Shown here one piece after another: positions 10,421 through 27,764 of a stretch of 64,000 bases of DNA. The DNA is taken from positions 20,648,001-20,712,000 of the forward strand of contig NC_058369.1 in assembly GCF_018350175.1 (NCBI RefSeq). Direction: 5' to 3'. How positions within the stretch are numbered: position 1 is the stretch's first letter; the number at the start of each line of letters is the position of its first letter. The DNA is from Felis catus. Lineage: Eukaryota. The notes under the pieces were generated by a model. It had not been told where the DNA came from. It made no database searches and was given only the letters and a program-made list of their open reading frames with translations. The position numbers and the translations under genes are program-made.

Positions 10421-11507
10421 GGAATTGGCCTGGCCGAGGGCGGGGACCAGGCCGTGCTACGGGGCGCCCTCTTGTGGCCGCAAGACGTCGCAGGCCTGTC
10501 GGTGCCGTTAGACCTATCTTTCTTGTCGCAGCGGCCTCAGTTTCCCAGAGCCCCTCGGCCCCTTGTGTTCCAAGTACCCGGCTAGGTGCGGCTCCCAGAA
10601 ACCTGCCCCAGATGCACATGGTGCGGCTTGAGGTTCATGGAGTCTCATCCCTGCTGCTCCTCCCCGCCTTGTCCCCAGCCCACTCATCCCTGGGGCCTTG
10701 ACTGCCCGGGCCCAGAGTTGTGCGCCTGACATGCAGTGAAACCCGACAGCTTTGAATGCGAGGTACTGACAAAGTCCAGCCAGGTGGCGTTGGTCGTTTA
10801 CCTATCGTCGCTGAGCCTCCTGGCCTGTAGAATGGATGTGATGTTGCCTTTTTAGCAGGGTGTCGATAACAGAGTGAGTCCTGCATGCTCAGCGCAGCTT
10901 CCCCGTGCCAGGCCTGGCCGCCAAGCCTGGGACCTGTCCTGAGCCCGGGGCAGACCACACGTTGGTCACACATTGCCCACCAGGATGGGTGCTATAAAGA
11001 GCCGTGAAGGAGCGAGAGGCTGCCCTGGGCTGTGACCAAGTGCGTGCGCATGTGTATCCGTAGGGGTTGGGGAAGCAGTTGGGCTGAGACCTGGAGCTAC
11101 CAAGTAACAATAATATCTGACATTTACAAGGCAAGGGACTCCTCGCCAGACACTGAGCTAAGGCCTGACCGGTCCTTTGTGGTCCTTAAGACAACCCTTA
11201 TCCTTAACCCCGTTGTGCAGACCAGGGACTGACCCACGATAGAGATGGTCTGTTGGAAGAAGCCGGTGGCTCTCCCCTGGCCCTCGGGATGGAAGCAATC
11301 CGGAAAATCTGGACGGGGGACGAGGCCTGTGTGTTTTCAGGCGCCGCCTGGACTCCCCCCTCATCTGGGTTGGGAGGCGGGGGTGGGGGAGGAGGCGGGG
11401 GTGGGGGGGAGGTGCTGCGACTGCGGACTGCGCAAGCGCGCCTCCTTGGCCACGCTTTCCGCCACACCAGTGCCCGCAGCAGCCTGCGGAGCCGCCGAGG
11501 CAGCGCA

Positions 11508-11591
11508 ATGGTTGCGGCGCTGTTTGGCTGCTGGTTCCGCGTGGGCGGGGCCCGCTCTGGGGTGTCCGGCCCGGTCATCCCGGTCGGTCGG
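11508..11591 (+). CDS. ABHD14A: ABHD14A coding exon 1
   Basis: gcaATGg Kozak context; donor CGG|gtgagt. Confidence 0.85.
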
Positions 11592-14500
11592 GTGAGTGTC
11601 CCCGGGGAGTGAAGCCAGCAGGGTGCCCGGGGCGGGCCATCCTGGCTCCGCCCCTTGCCCCCAGAGTCCTCGGGCAGAGTCCTGCGGGAGTGGCAGGCGC
11701 TGGGGCAGTGTGTGTGTTGGTGTGTTGTGTGTGCACGCACGCGCTTGTGTGCGTGTGTTCTTAGGGGTCTGAATGTACGTGTGTGTCGATGTGTGTGTCT
11801 GTTTCTACATGCATACATAGCGGAGGGTTGGGGATCGGTCTGTCCGCTTGTGTTTGTGTATGTCAACTGTGTGCATTTCTGCGTACATGTGATTTTGAGG
11901 GTGTGTATCTCCCTGTGAGTGTATTTCTGAGGGTATGTCTGTCTGTCATGTGCACGTGTGTTTCTTGTATGCATGTGTAGTTTTAGGATTGTGTGAATGA
12001 CTGTGTGCTGGAAATGTGAGGGTCTGCAAGTTTTGAAAGCGTGTGTCAGTATGTCCACCTGCCTTCCTGATGGCTGACTGTATGCCTGATTTTGAGGGTA
12101 TGTATTTCAAGGGATCAATTGTTCACAGGCCAGGCATGTCTGCCTGTACGTGCGGGGAATAGTTTGTGCAAAAGAAAAGCATGTGGGAGCAGGACTCGAT
12201 GTCCGTGCGCACATGTGTACACCTGTGTGTCATTGTTGACATGTATGTCAAGGACCTAACTTGAGTAAAGCTTCCCCGTCCCCACACAGTATCTGTAGTT
12301 GCCTGCAGCCAGTTGCTTGCTAGCTGTCCACTATCATGGTCTAGTGCACTAGCTGCCTGGGTTGCCAAGGCAACGGCCAAAGTCCTGACTCTCCCTACCC
12401 CCAAAGGGTAAGGTGCTGGGCGCCTGCAGGGAAAGGTACAGCACAGATTCTCCCACTGGTGGGAACATAGGCTAATGCCAAGTGGGAGGTTGCTCTTTGT
12501 GGTCAGAAGGAAGAGAGAAGCGCCCTTTTCCTCTCCTCAGCTCCTGGCTCTCCATCAGCACCAGAGGGGCTGCCACTGCCCACCCACCACGGGACTGGGA
12601 GCCTGGAGGTGGGGGCTTGGGAAATATCCCCAAAGCTCCCAGGAGAGGAGGGTGGGGCTCAAGATGGGTTTCCAGCTCCTAGCGAGGGCCAGCACCCAGT
12701 TGGCACTCAATAAAGATGTGTTCGCTGCAATCGGAATAAGGCAGGTGTACTCATCCTAGGCCCAAGAAATGATGACAGGACATCCCTGGATCAAGTCCAC
12801 TGTCTTATTGACATATCACAGGAAATTTGAAAGGGCTGATGCAAGGTTATCCTTTCCCCCCATTTTACTGACAAACTGAAGACACACAGCCAGGAAGTGG
12901 CAAACAGAGGCTTGAAGCCAGGGCTAACTGTTCTGTCTGGGTCCTGGGTCCTGGAGTCTGTGCTCTGGATAGTCAGAGGACCCAGACTGAGGTCATGAAG
13001 CTGGGGTCGGGGAAGCATTCATCTCTCCAACCTCCATGCCGCCTTTTCCATTTCTAGGTGTACCATGCTCCTCCCTTGCCCCATACCCCTCATGCCTCAG
13101 CATTTCCCCCATCCCAGATATTCTCCAGGAGCCCTCCTCCCACTTAATATCAGCTGAGGTAGAGTGTTAAATATTCCCATCAACTGTAAAAAAACACATT
13201 CTGATTTAAGCACTATTCTATGCAATGTGACTAAAAAGGAAAAAAAAAGGACCATTTCAAACATGCTGTCAGTGGGATGTAGCTTTACACATAGTCCTTC
13301 ACTTTTGATGACTCTCACTCCTCTGTCCACCAGCAAGGCTCCAGTTCATCCCTCACCTCTCAGCCCCATGGTTTCTTCCTTGGCAAACGGAGTGTGGCTT
13401 GGTGGTTAGCAGCCCAGCCCCGGATTCAAATCCCAGCTCCCCTACTTGCTACTCTGCATTTTGGGCAAGAGAATTTACCTCTCTGGGCCTGTTTCCTCAT
13501 CTGCAAGAGACCCATAATCATATCTGCTCCCCAGTGTTCGTTCTTGTGTGGATTCATGAGCCCTTGCATGCGAAGGGCCAAACACAGGATCTGGCTGTCA
13601 TCAGCACCCGATGAATGGAAGTGGTTTCAGCTGGCACAGTGGTGATGGTCACTGAGCATGCTGTGTATCGAGACATCTCAGATGCCCCTTCTCACACTGC
13701 AGGGTATCTGAGCCCTTGCGCCAGCATGTGGAGGAGTTGAGTATGAACGTCAGATCCCTGCCCAGAGCAGGAGAAAGGGCAAGGGCTGAGCTCTTCCTCT
13801 GCTGGGGGCTTCCGGGTGGGGTTTGGGGATGGGGTCCCGGGGGCCTGGCGGAGGTGCAGCGCCAGCCTCTTCTTCCTCTCCTCTCCTCCAGACTGTGGTA
13901 CAGACCTCCATGAGCCGGTCCCAGGTAGCCCTGCTGGGCCTGGGCCTGCTGCTCATGCTGCTACTGTACGTGGGGCTGCCAGGCCCCCCTGAGCAGACCT
14001 CCTGGCTCTGGGGAGGCCCCAATGTCACAATCCTGGCTGGTCTCACCCCTGGCAACTCCCCCATCTTTTACCGCGAGGTGCTCCCACTCCACCGGGCACG
14101 CAGGTGGGTGCTGACCCCAGGGTACAGTGGAAGGACTAGGTCCAAGGGGAGTCCCTGTGTGGGACCCCAGCTCAACTGAGGGTGCTCAGGGCCTGGGAGG
14201 GCAGTGGGAGAAGCCTAAAAGAAAGAATGGCGGGCCACTCTCAGACCCCCAGGACACACACTCCCCTGTGTGCCCACAGGGTGGAGGTGGTGCTGCTCCA
14301 TGGAAAGGCCTTTAACTCCCACACGTGGGAGCAGCTGGGCACACTGCAGCTGCTGGCGCAGAGGGGCTACCGGGCCGTGGCCCTTGACCTCCCAGGTGAG
14401 AGCCACCACTCCGGGGTCTAGGGAAGCGACAACATCCAGCAGGTACAAGGGGGCAGTTTCCCAGAGTGGGGAGTCGGAGGGGTAGAAAAGCCTTACGGTA

Positions 14501-16159
14501 TGGCTTGTGGCGGGGGGGGGGGGGGGGGGGTTGGCATTTGGATCCCAGTGTCTGGACAAACGGTGGCAGGTCGCAAGACAAGATGGCCATACTAAAGGGC
14601 CTGTGTTTTTATTCTCTACCTTGAAAACTAGAATGTGGATTGTTGCATGTCACAGAGCAAATAGAAACATGACTCACTTTACAAGCCATCGCATGGAGAG
14701 ACCTCACTGTACTTTTATGACAAACTAGGTAGCTTTTTGGTTTTTTTTAGTTATGCAAATGGTTTATGCTATTATTCTTGTCTTTAAAAAATCCAACAAG
14801 AGTGATGCCCTCAGAGACCCATGCCACATTTCTCTCCCAGCAGTTTGGGGGTTCCTGACTCCCTTTGGGCGTTTCCATATATAGAAAAATGTGGTGCTGC
14901 AGGATTGTGTGGTGAGGTTAGGAACGTGACTGGTGTCCCGTCTGCTTAGCAAATCTATCCGCAGTTTGGTTTTCTCCTCCTGTACCATGTCTCATAGGGC
15001 ATGCCAGTCATCTGTATGTGTACTATGTGCCATTGGAGGCATGGACACATTTTATCTGCCCATTCCTCTACTGGTGGATATGTAGGTTGAGTTAGAGTTT
15101 TCAGTGTAAATTGAAATGCTTGAGAAATGAAGCTGAAGCACTTTGGACATGTCTCTGAGCACAAAGGCAATAATTTCTGTAGGGTAGCCACCAAGGACAT
15201 TGATGGGTCAAAAGATACACATTTAAAAAAATTTTGACAAATACTACCTTACCCTCCAAAAATGCTATATGGATTTATCCTCCCATCCGTCATTTATGAA
15301 TGTGCCCATTTCTCCTCATCTTTCCCAACACTGCGTATTATCAATCTTCTTGGTTTTGCCAATGTAATGAATTAAAAATGCTTTTCTAGCAGACCTATCA
15401 CATTATAAAAAGTAGCTTCTGGGAAGTTTGGGCTAGCATTGCCACGTGCCACTGCTCTTTCCCCCACTGTGGTGGGCAGGAAGTCCCGAGTTCCTTTCCA
15501 GCCTCCCTCAGCTGGTGCCTCCTGCCGTTCCCAGGTTTTGGGAACTCAGCACCTTCCAAGGAGGCAAGCACAGAGGCAGGGCGGGCAGAGCTGCTGGAGC
15601 GAGTGCTTCGAGACCTGGAGGTGCGGAATGCCGTGTTGGTGAGCCCCTCTCTGAGTGGCCGTTATGCCCTGCCCTTTTTGATCCAAGGCCACCACCAGCT
15701 GCGTGGATTCGTGCCCATCGCACCCGCCTCCACCCAGAACTACACCCAGGAACAATTCTGGGCCGTGAAGGTACTAGGAGGAGGGTTTCCAAAGGTCCTG
15801 GCTTGCTATCCCTGGCTTGAGTCATGGCAGGAAAGGACTCAGGTCTCACTTGGAGGACACACGGCCTCATCTGGATAGAAAGAGATGGGGTGTTTGGGAA
15901 AGATTTCCTAAGGAGGTGGCTAGAGGGTCAGTTCCCATCAGGCTCCAGGATCACAAGCCCTTGCCTTGCCCTGCAGACCCCGACTCTCATCCTGTATGGG
16001 GAGCTGGACCGCATCCTGGCTCGGGAGTCACTGCGGCAGCTCCGTCACCTGCCCAACCACTCCGTGGTGAAGCTGCGTGATGCAGGCCACGCCTGCTACC
16101 TCCACAAGCCTCAAGACTTCCACCTTGTCCTCCTTGCCTTCCTTGACCACCTGCCTTGA
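11508..16159 (+). CDS. ABHD14A: Alpha/beta-hydrolase domain protein 14A, 276 aa with N-terminal hydrophobic anchor; join(11508..11591, 13892..14103, 14280..14395, 15535..15770, 15977..16159)
   Basis: Translation [16 protein letters not shown]...|[30 protein letters not shown]...|[16 protein letters not shown]...[14 protein letters not shown]...VSPSLSG...[15 protein letters not shown]...[10 protein letters not shown]...DHLP*. Exons 84+212+116+236+183=831 nt, all GT-AG. Confidence 0.96.
11705..12250 (+). repeat. Degenerate (TG)n-rich low-complexity tract in ABHD14A intron 1
   Basis: About 550 bp of interrupted TG/TA/CA alternation. Confidence 0.8.
13405..13620 (+). mobile_element. MIR SINE
   Basis: 'ggattcaaatcccagctcccctactt...ttgggcaag...ctctgggcctgtttcctcatctg'. 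Confidence 0.65.
13892..14103 (+). CDS. ABHD14A: ABHD14A exon 2 (hydrophobic signal-anchor segment)
   Basis: ctccag|ACTGTG...CAG|gtgggt; 212 nt. Confidence 0.95.
14280..14395 (+). CDS. ABHD14A: ABHD14A exon 3
   Basis: ccacag|GGTGGA...CCAG|gtgaga; 116 nt. Confidence 0.95.
14990..15385 (-). mobile_element. Old LINE-1 (L1M-type) fragment, antisense, in ABHD14A intron 3
   Basis: AT-rich, with 'cattcctctactggtggatatgtaggttg', 'gatgggtcaaaagatacacattt', 'gtgcccatttctcctcatctttcccaacactg...tttgccaat'. Confidence 0.65.
15535..15770 (+). CDS. ABHD14A: ABHD14A exon 4
   Basis: tcccag|GTTTTG...AAG|gtacta; 236 nt. Confidence 0.95.
15977..16159 (+). CDS. ABHD14A: ABHD14A exon 5 (coding part)
   Basis: ctgcag|ACCCCG...CCT TGA; 183 nt. 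Confidence 0.95.
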   Translation, partial: TPTLILYGELDRILARESLRQLRHLPNHSVVKLRDAGHACYLHKPQDFHLVLLAFLDHLP

Positions 16160-16304
16160 GGTCACCCACTGGCCAGGCCCGAGGCCTGGCCTGAGCTTGG
16201 AGAGTCTGGACCAGCACCTCACCAGGGAGGCAGCCCCTGGGATTGGAGGGTGGAGGTCAGAGGGCCAGACCCAGTCAGGACCTCTCATTTCATCTCACAG
16301 GCAC

Positions 16305-16310
16305 AATAAA
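16305..16310 (+). terminator. ABHD14A polyadenylation signal
   Basis: AATAAA about 145 nt after the stop. Confidence 0.8.
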
Positions 16311-18031
16311 AAAGAGCATTTTTGTCATGCCTGGGGAGTGACAGGTCCTGTTTCCTGGTATTACAGCAGGTGGGGTGGGAGTGGGAGGCAAGTCTGGAAC
16401 TGCTTTGGAGCTGGGAGCTGGAGGGAGGTTTCAGCAGCCTGGGAAGACTAAGAACATGGGCTACTTCCTAGCTGGCTGCCCTTACCACTCTGTGACTCAA
16501 TTTCCTCATCTGTAAAATGGGCATGATGTTAATACCTAACTCAAAACTTGGTTTTAGGATTGAATCAGTCTGGGTAAGTGAGGTACTTGGCCACACCGAG
16601 CTGGAGGGGGTCAGGGCAAGGGGGTATTACTACTGCTGCGTGCCCACTGGGACTGGTGGGAAATCCAGGATCTGGCAGTTGAACTGAGTGAGTCAGGAAT
16701 GCAGGACCTATGGCCTAAGGGAGCAGGATGTGTAGGGCTGGAGGTGGGGAATGTGGTTTAACAATTAACATAGCATTGGTGGTGAACTACCAAGACTGCT
16801 TGCTCCTGGGTATGTAAGCAGACCTGACTTAAACCCTGGGAGCGTTGGGATGGACCCCTACCCTACCCTCCTGGCCTGCCTCCTCTGAGCCAGGAGGCTG
16901 AAGTCTTCAACCCTGCCCCTCCCCAAGCTGACTCAGAACTGCCTAAGGGTACAAAGGGCAACTGGGGGCACAAGTGGGCAGCTAAAACTGTGTGCAGTCT
17001 GGGGGTGGCCAGTACGACACCTGTGCCTCTTTATCCTCCCTCTCCGGTGGCTGCAGAAGAGCCAGGAAGCCTGGCACAGGGTCAGCCAACAGTATGTCAC
17101 ATGTATGCTTTTGTGCAGTTTCCCCACCTCTCCCGCTGTCACGCAGCCTCAGTTTCATCCTCCCACCATGACATTCTCTGTCACACAGATGCTACCACAC
17201 CCAACCACCACCTCACACTCGTATTGTCACACACACGGTCACACACACTGATGCACACTGTTAGATTTGCCCACACAGCTGCACATTCGCACGATCTCAC
17301 AGGCAGTCACATATGTGCCCCTCTGTCCATTTATCCTTTCCTGGCACTTTGTCCAGGCATAGGCTCAGTGCCCTACCAGGTACACGGATCTGCGGGTACA
17401 CGGACCGGCCTCCTGGAGCTTATACAGTATGAAAAAACAGATATTGACCAATAACCTCTCCACATAGGGGGCTGAGGCAGTCAGGGAAGCCCTCCCTGAG
17501 GAGCTGAGACACGGAATGGGGGAGAAGTCGGAGACGCATGGGAGGGGGTCGGGGAGCAGGCAGGGGCCAGCTCTGGCAGGACTTTGCAGCTCTGTGCCCC
17601 AAGAGTAAGGGGCGCCGGAGGGGCAGACACTTCGTGTGTCAGTGTCTACCCGCCTCTCTTCTGTCCCCATGTGGAAGTTGTGGGAGATAGAGCCCTCTGG
17701 AGGCGGGACCATCCGGAGCTCGCTTCTAGGCCCGGGGGCGGGGCCTGGCGGGGTGGGGCCTGTGGGGTGGGGGCGGGGCCAGCGGGGGCCAGCAGTCAGC
17801 CGCGGGGCGTAGCAGGTGGCGGCGGAGGCTGCCCCCGAGAGGGATCCGGTAATCGGAGCGGAGGCTGGAACCAGGGGCGGGCGGAGACTCCCGCGCCGAC
17901 GCGGCCCTGGAGACTGGGGCGGCCCTTACTCGCAGTCTTCGGCCCCTCCCCGCGACCCGGTCCGGGCACGTGGTAGGCAGACCCGGGCGGTTCTGAGCCC
18001 GCGACCTCGCAGGACCCTGAGCCCTGGGCAC

Positions 18032-18086
18032 AGTCCGGAGCGGGCGCTGAGAGGCAACCGCGGGCCCAAGACCGGCAGAGAGCGAG
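18032..18086 (+). other. ACY1: ACY1 non-coding exon 1
   Basis: gggcgctgagaggc...gagagcgag resembles the human ACY1 mRNA 5' end as I recall it; donor GAG|gtgggg; Inr-like CAGT at 18031. Start approximate. Confidence 0.7.
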
Positions 18087-18498
18087 GTGGGGGGCCCCGG
18101 AGAGGAGTAGAGCGATCTGGGGTTCCATGGGATAAAATCCGGGCAATTGGGAGAATGATTTGGGAAGGGCTGGGGGAGTCAATGCCTGGGATCAAACCTG
18201 GCTCAGCTATTCTCTAGCTGTCCCTGAACCTCTCAGCCTCAGCTTTCTCCTCTGTAAAGTGGGCATTCAGAGGCACAACTTCATGGGGCTTTTTGGCGGA
18301 TTCAAATGGGCATGTGTCGAAAGCGGCCAGCACGGCTCCTGAAACAGAATGGGGGCTCCAAAACGGGGTGTGTTCTCCCTGTGGGACGTTGGAGGAACCG
18401 CCCTGGGGAGGGCCTGTGTGCAGATGGAGTCCACTGGGCCCCAGACGCGAGGGGTAGGTAGCCACTCGCTTTGCCCCCAGCTCACCCCGCGCAGCGCC

Positions 18499-22801
<4,303 letters not shown>

Positions 22802-22879
22802 GTCCCAGGCTCCCCAACCTCTACCCCGGGAGTGTCCATCCTGACTAGTGTCAAGTACCCCTCTGCCCCCCTGCCCCCC

Positions 22880-22885
22880 AATAAA
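22880..22885 (+). terminator. ACY1 polyadenylation signal
   Basis: AATAAA about 80 nt after the stop. Confidence 0.8.
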
Positions 22886-25090
22886 GTCTGTGTGCAGACA
22901 GGGGCCAGTTCTGAAGTACTAAGAGCAAGGATGTTCATGAAGCAGGGATTCTGTCATTTTCTTTGTGGACATGCTGTTATCACCCCCAGTTCACAGATGA
23001 GGAAACTGAGCCTGGCTCTGGATATGTCTCTAGCACCCTATGCTGCTCTTGTGCCCCTCGACACGGCATGCTCATTCAGTACCAACCAGCCCTGTCTGGC
23101 ATCGAAGGACCATAATTCTTGTTCTCAATGGTCACTATACCTATATCTGACTTTTAAGGTTGGGGATACCATCCGCATTGAGGGGGAAACTAGGACAAAG
23201 ATATCAGGGAAACATTCCTGGCTTTCTGGAAACACACTTGGGATCCTGAGATAGAACTAGAACTGGAGGCCAGGTGGGCCCTGCCAGATGTCGGGGCAGG
23301 CAGATAATGAGCAAGTCATGACTGCTCGCATTTGCCAGACCCTAGGGATGACAGGTGTGGCGCCTGCTCTGGTGTTGGGAGCTTGAGTCACAGAGGGGCA
23401 GGAGCCTTGGTAGACCTGGTTAGTTGACTTTAGGGTCCCCAGCACCCTGTGTAGGGAAGGATCAGTGTGCAGAGTGGCTCACGAATGGGGGCTTCAGTCT
23501 GTCAGCACTGCTAGGGCTCTAGGCAGTACCAAGAGTCACTGTGGCCCTGAGAGTTGAGCCTGTTCCTCTAGCTTATCCGATCTAGTCCTGTTCTGGCCTC
23601 CACAGGAACTGGGTGGGACAGGTATGGCTGGGCTTTTAAGTGCCGATAGTGGCCAGAGGGAAGTCCACAGCCTGATTCTGTGGTCTGCAGGCTTAGTCCC
23701 CATGGTAGTAACCCCTGCACCTGGAGTTCTGACAAGGAGCCAGGACTTTGTTACCTTTGAACCCTCACAGCAGCCCCTGGATGCAGGTTTCACTGGAACC
23801 CCTTTAGAAGCTCTGCTAGAATACCCTGTCCAGGACTGCATGGCTTGCAGGTAATGGGAGTCCACAAAGAATTGACACTCAAGAACTGGGGACCTGTGCT
23901 TCTACACAAGGGAGGCTCCATGCAAAAGCTGAGTGCAGCAAGCTGGTTGTGATGTTCAGTAAGCCTAGTTGAAGCCCCTGACCTGGGGTCTGGCCTCCCC
24001 CTTCAGACTGCAGCAGGATGACTGGGCAAAGGAGTCTTTATGCCCCCTCTCTTGGGGATTAGAGCACAGGCCTTAGTGGAAGCCACATGACCTGGTAACC
24101 TCAGACTGGGCCAAGCTACCTTCAGGACATAAAACCTGCTTTTGGTCCCTTTCAAGACCCCACCTATCTGACACCCCCTGGTAATGGGGCAGTTGGCCAT
24201 CCAGAGCATGCCAGGATGACAGTCATGAGCTAGCAGCCCAGCCTTGGCTGGCCAAGCAAACTTTCTGGGGTCCAGCATGGGCTGCCTGGGTCCCAATGCG
24301 ACTTCCATCCCAGCCTAGCTCCATCATCTTGGAACAAATTCCCTTCCCTGTAAAACAAAAAGAATAGTAATACCTACCTCAGAAGAGAGACCATTTATCA
24401 TGGGTTGTAGCTAGTACCCCAGAGTAAGGAAGTGAAATCCTTGAGACAAGTGCCCAAGGCTGGTTCACAAATTACATGATCACCATACTCAAAAGTGAGT
24501 TTTGAGGACTGGGTGACCAGGAATAGTGATATGCTTGGCACCTTCTATAGGAAGCCCCCAGATACCAATGACCACTGTACCACTTGCTTCATTGACTCCT
24601 CTAAGGACGAAGACTTTGCAAATAAAGCAGCTGATCCAGGGCGCACAGCAGGGTCTGGCGCAGTTGCACTAGGAAGACAGTGCCACCACTGCCCTGCCTG
24701 CCAGGGCCCCCAGCGCTTGGGGGGACCAGAACAACCGGAATAGTGGATGCTGGCCATGTACACTAGGAACAGCTTAAGTGTGGAATGGCTCAGGCCAGAG
24801 TGCAGAATTCAGCAGGGTCCTTTATCTCCTGGGTAAATTGAAAGATCAGGATGTTTGTGATTACTTTCCTCACCAGCCTGCCTAGTCCAGCAGGCTATAT
24901 GCTCCAGCCTCCCTAAGGCCCACCACCATTTCTTTTACCAGGTCCCCTTCCTACACTCCAGAACCCCATTTCCCCTGACTCCCACCCATACCCTACCACC
25001 GAGAGAAAGCAAAAAATGGAGGTACCAACACTACTCCAACCCTAGTTCCAGGATCACAGACACAGGCCAACTGACAGATCCTGCCGCAGG

Positions 25091-25096
25091 TTTATT
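25091..25096 (-). terminator. RPL29 polyadenylation signal
   Basis: AATAAA on the - strand, about 95 nt after the stop. Confidence 0.85.
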
Positions 25097-25190
25097 TGTA
25101 CAAATAGCACAGGAGGACACCAGCCCCATGCAGATAGAAGCCCAGGGGTCACACCAGTCCTTCTACCCTCACACTGGCAGATGGAAGCCT

Positions 25191-27035
<1,845 letters not shown>

Positions 27036-27461
27036 ATCTGCACCTGGAAGAGGAGAGTGGCGGTCAGGCCCGGGGGCTCACAGGGCTGGGCCTATCACTG
27101 CCGCCCTGATGTGGAAGGACGTGGGCCAGAAGCCGGAATGAAGCTGCACACAGATGCCTGCCTTGCATCTGCGGCCTCCACCTGCCTCAACTTACTCAGC
27201 ACGACCCGACGCCGGTCCCCGCCTCCCGAACTCGGGTAACAGTGCCCTGAAACCAACCCTCCCTCCCAAGGCTGCGCTCTACCCCAAATCCGAGTCCTCC
27301 CCCTCCCATCCACTCCTTGAGAACCCGCAAGCCCCACGCGCGCTCCGCGCCCTCCGCTCCCCACAGTCACGCAGCCGGTCTCTCTGTCCTTCGCGGGGTT
27401 TGCGCCCGGCAGCTGGCTGGGAGCCGCGGATGGCTCCGGATACCGCGCGGCCAAAACTCAC

Positions 27462-27506
27462 CAAAGCCCGCGGCTCCCGAAGCGCCTTGGACCGGAAGAG
27501 AAAGAG
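27462..27506 (-). other. RPL29: RPL29 non-coding exon 1 with 5'TOP tract
   Basis: Starts in the pyrimidine run CCTTCCTCTTTCTCTTCC (27511-27494); donor TTG|gtgagt (GT at 27461-27460). Confidence 0.85.
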
Positions 27507-27600
27507 GAAGGCCGCTGTGCAGCACGGGAAATAGGATCGTCCGGGCCGGAAGGTTCTTCCGGAAAAGCTTCCCCCGGCGCCGGGAAGAAAGGTTCCGAAG
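27494..27600 (-). promoter_or_regulatory. RPL29 core promoter: TCT initiator plus upstream ETS/GABP-type CCGGAA sites, within a CpG island (about 27050-27660)
   Basis: TCT motif CTCTTTCT; CCGGAAG at 27546-27552; TTCCGGAA at 27557-27564. Typical ribosomal-protein promoter architecture. Confidence 0.8.
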
Positions 27601-27764
27601 CCTGGGAGGGTACAAGCCAGATGGGAAGGCGGCGCTACGAGCCTCGCGCAGCTTCCTGCAGGTTTTACCCACGTTTATTCTTCCTGGACTAGGCTCTTGG
27701 GGCCCAGTTCTCATTAAAGGTCCCGAAGACGAAGGGAGACCCTGAGGAATACATGCTAGGAAAG

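Larger units (their letters stand above)
10000..11700. promoter_or_regulatory. CpG-rich bidirectional promoter region shared by ABHD14B (-) and ABHD14A (+)
   Basis: CpG-rich; GC boxes; NRF1-like TGCGCAAGCGCG at 11429-11440; first exons diverge about 1.1 kb apart. Confidence 0.8.

Noticed and set aside
9916..10701. 261-aa ORF
   Set aside because: Spans the GC-rich ABHD14B promoter antisense to the gene, has a non-ATG start and no recognisable homology.
11204..12058. 284-aa His/Thr-rich ORF
   Set aside because: It is the translation of the (CA)n-like strand of the low-complexity tract plus CpG island.
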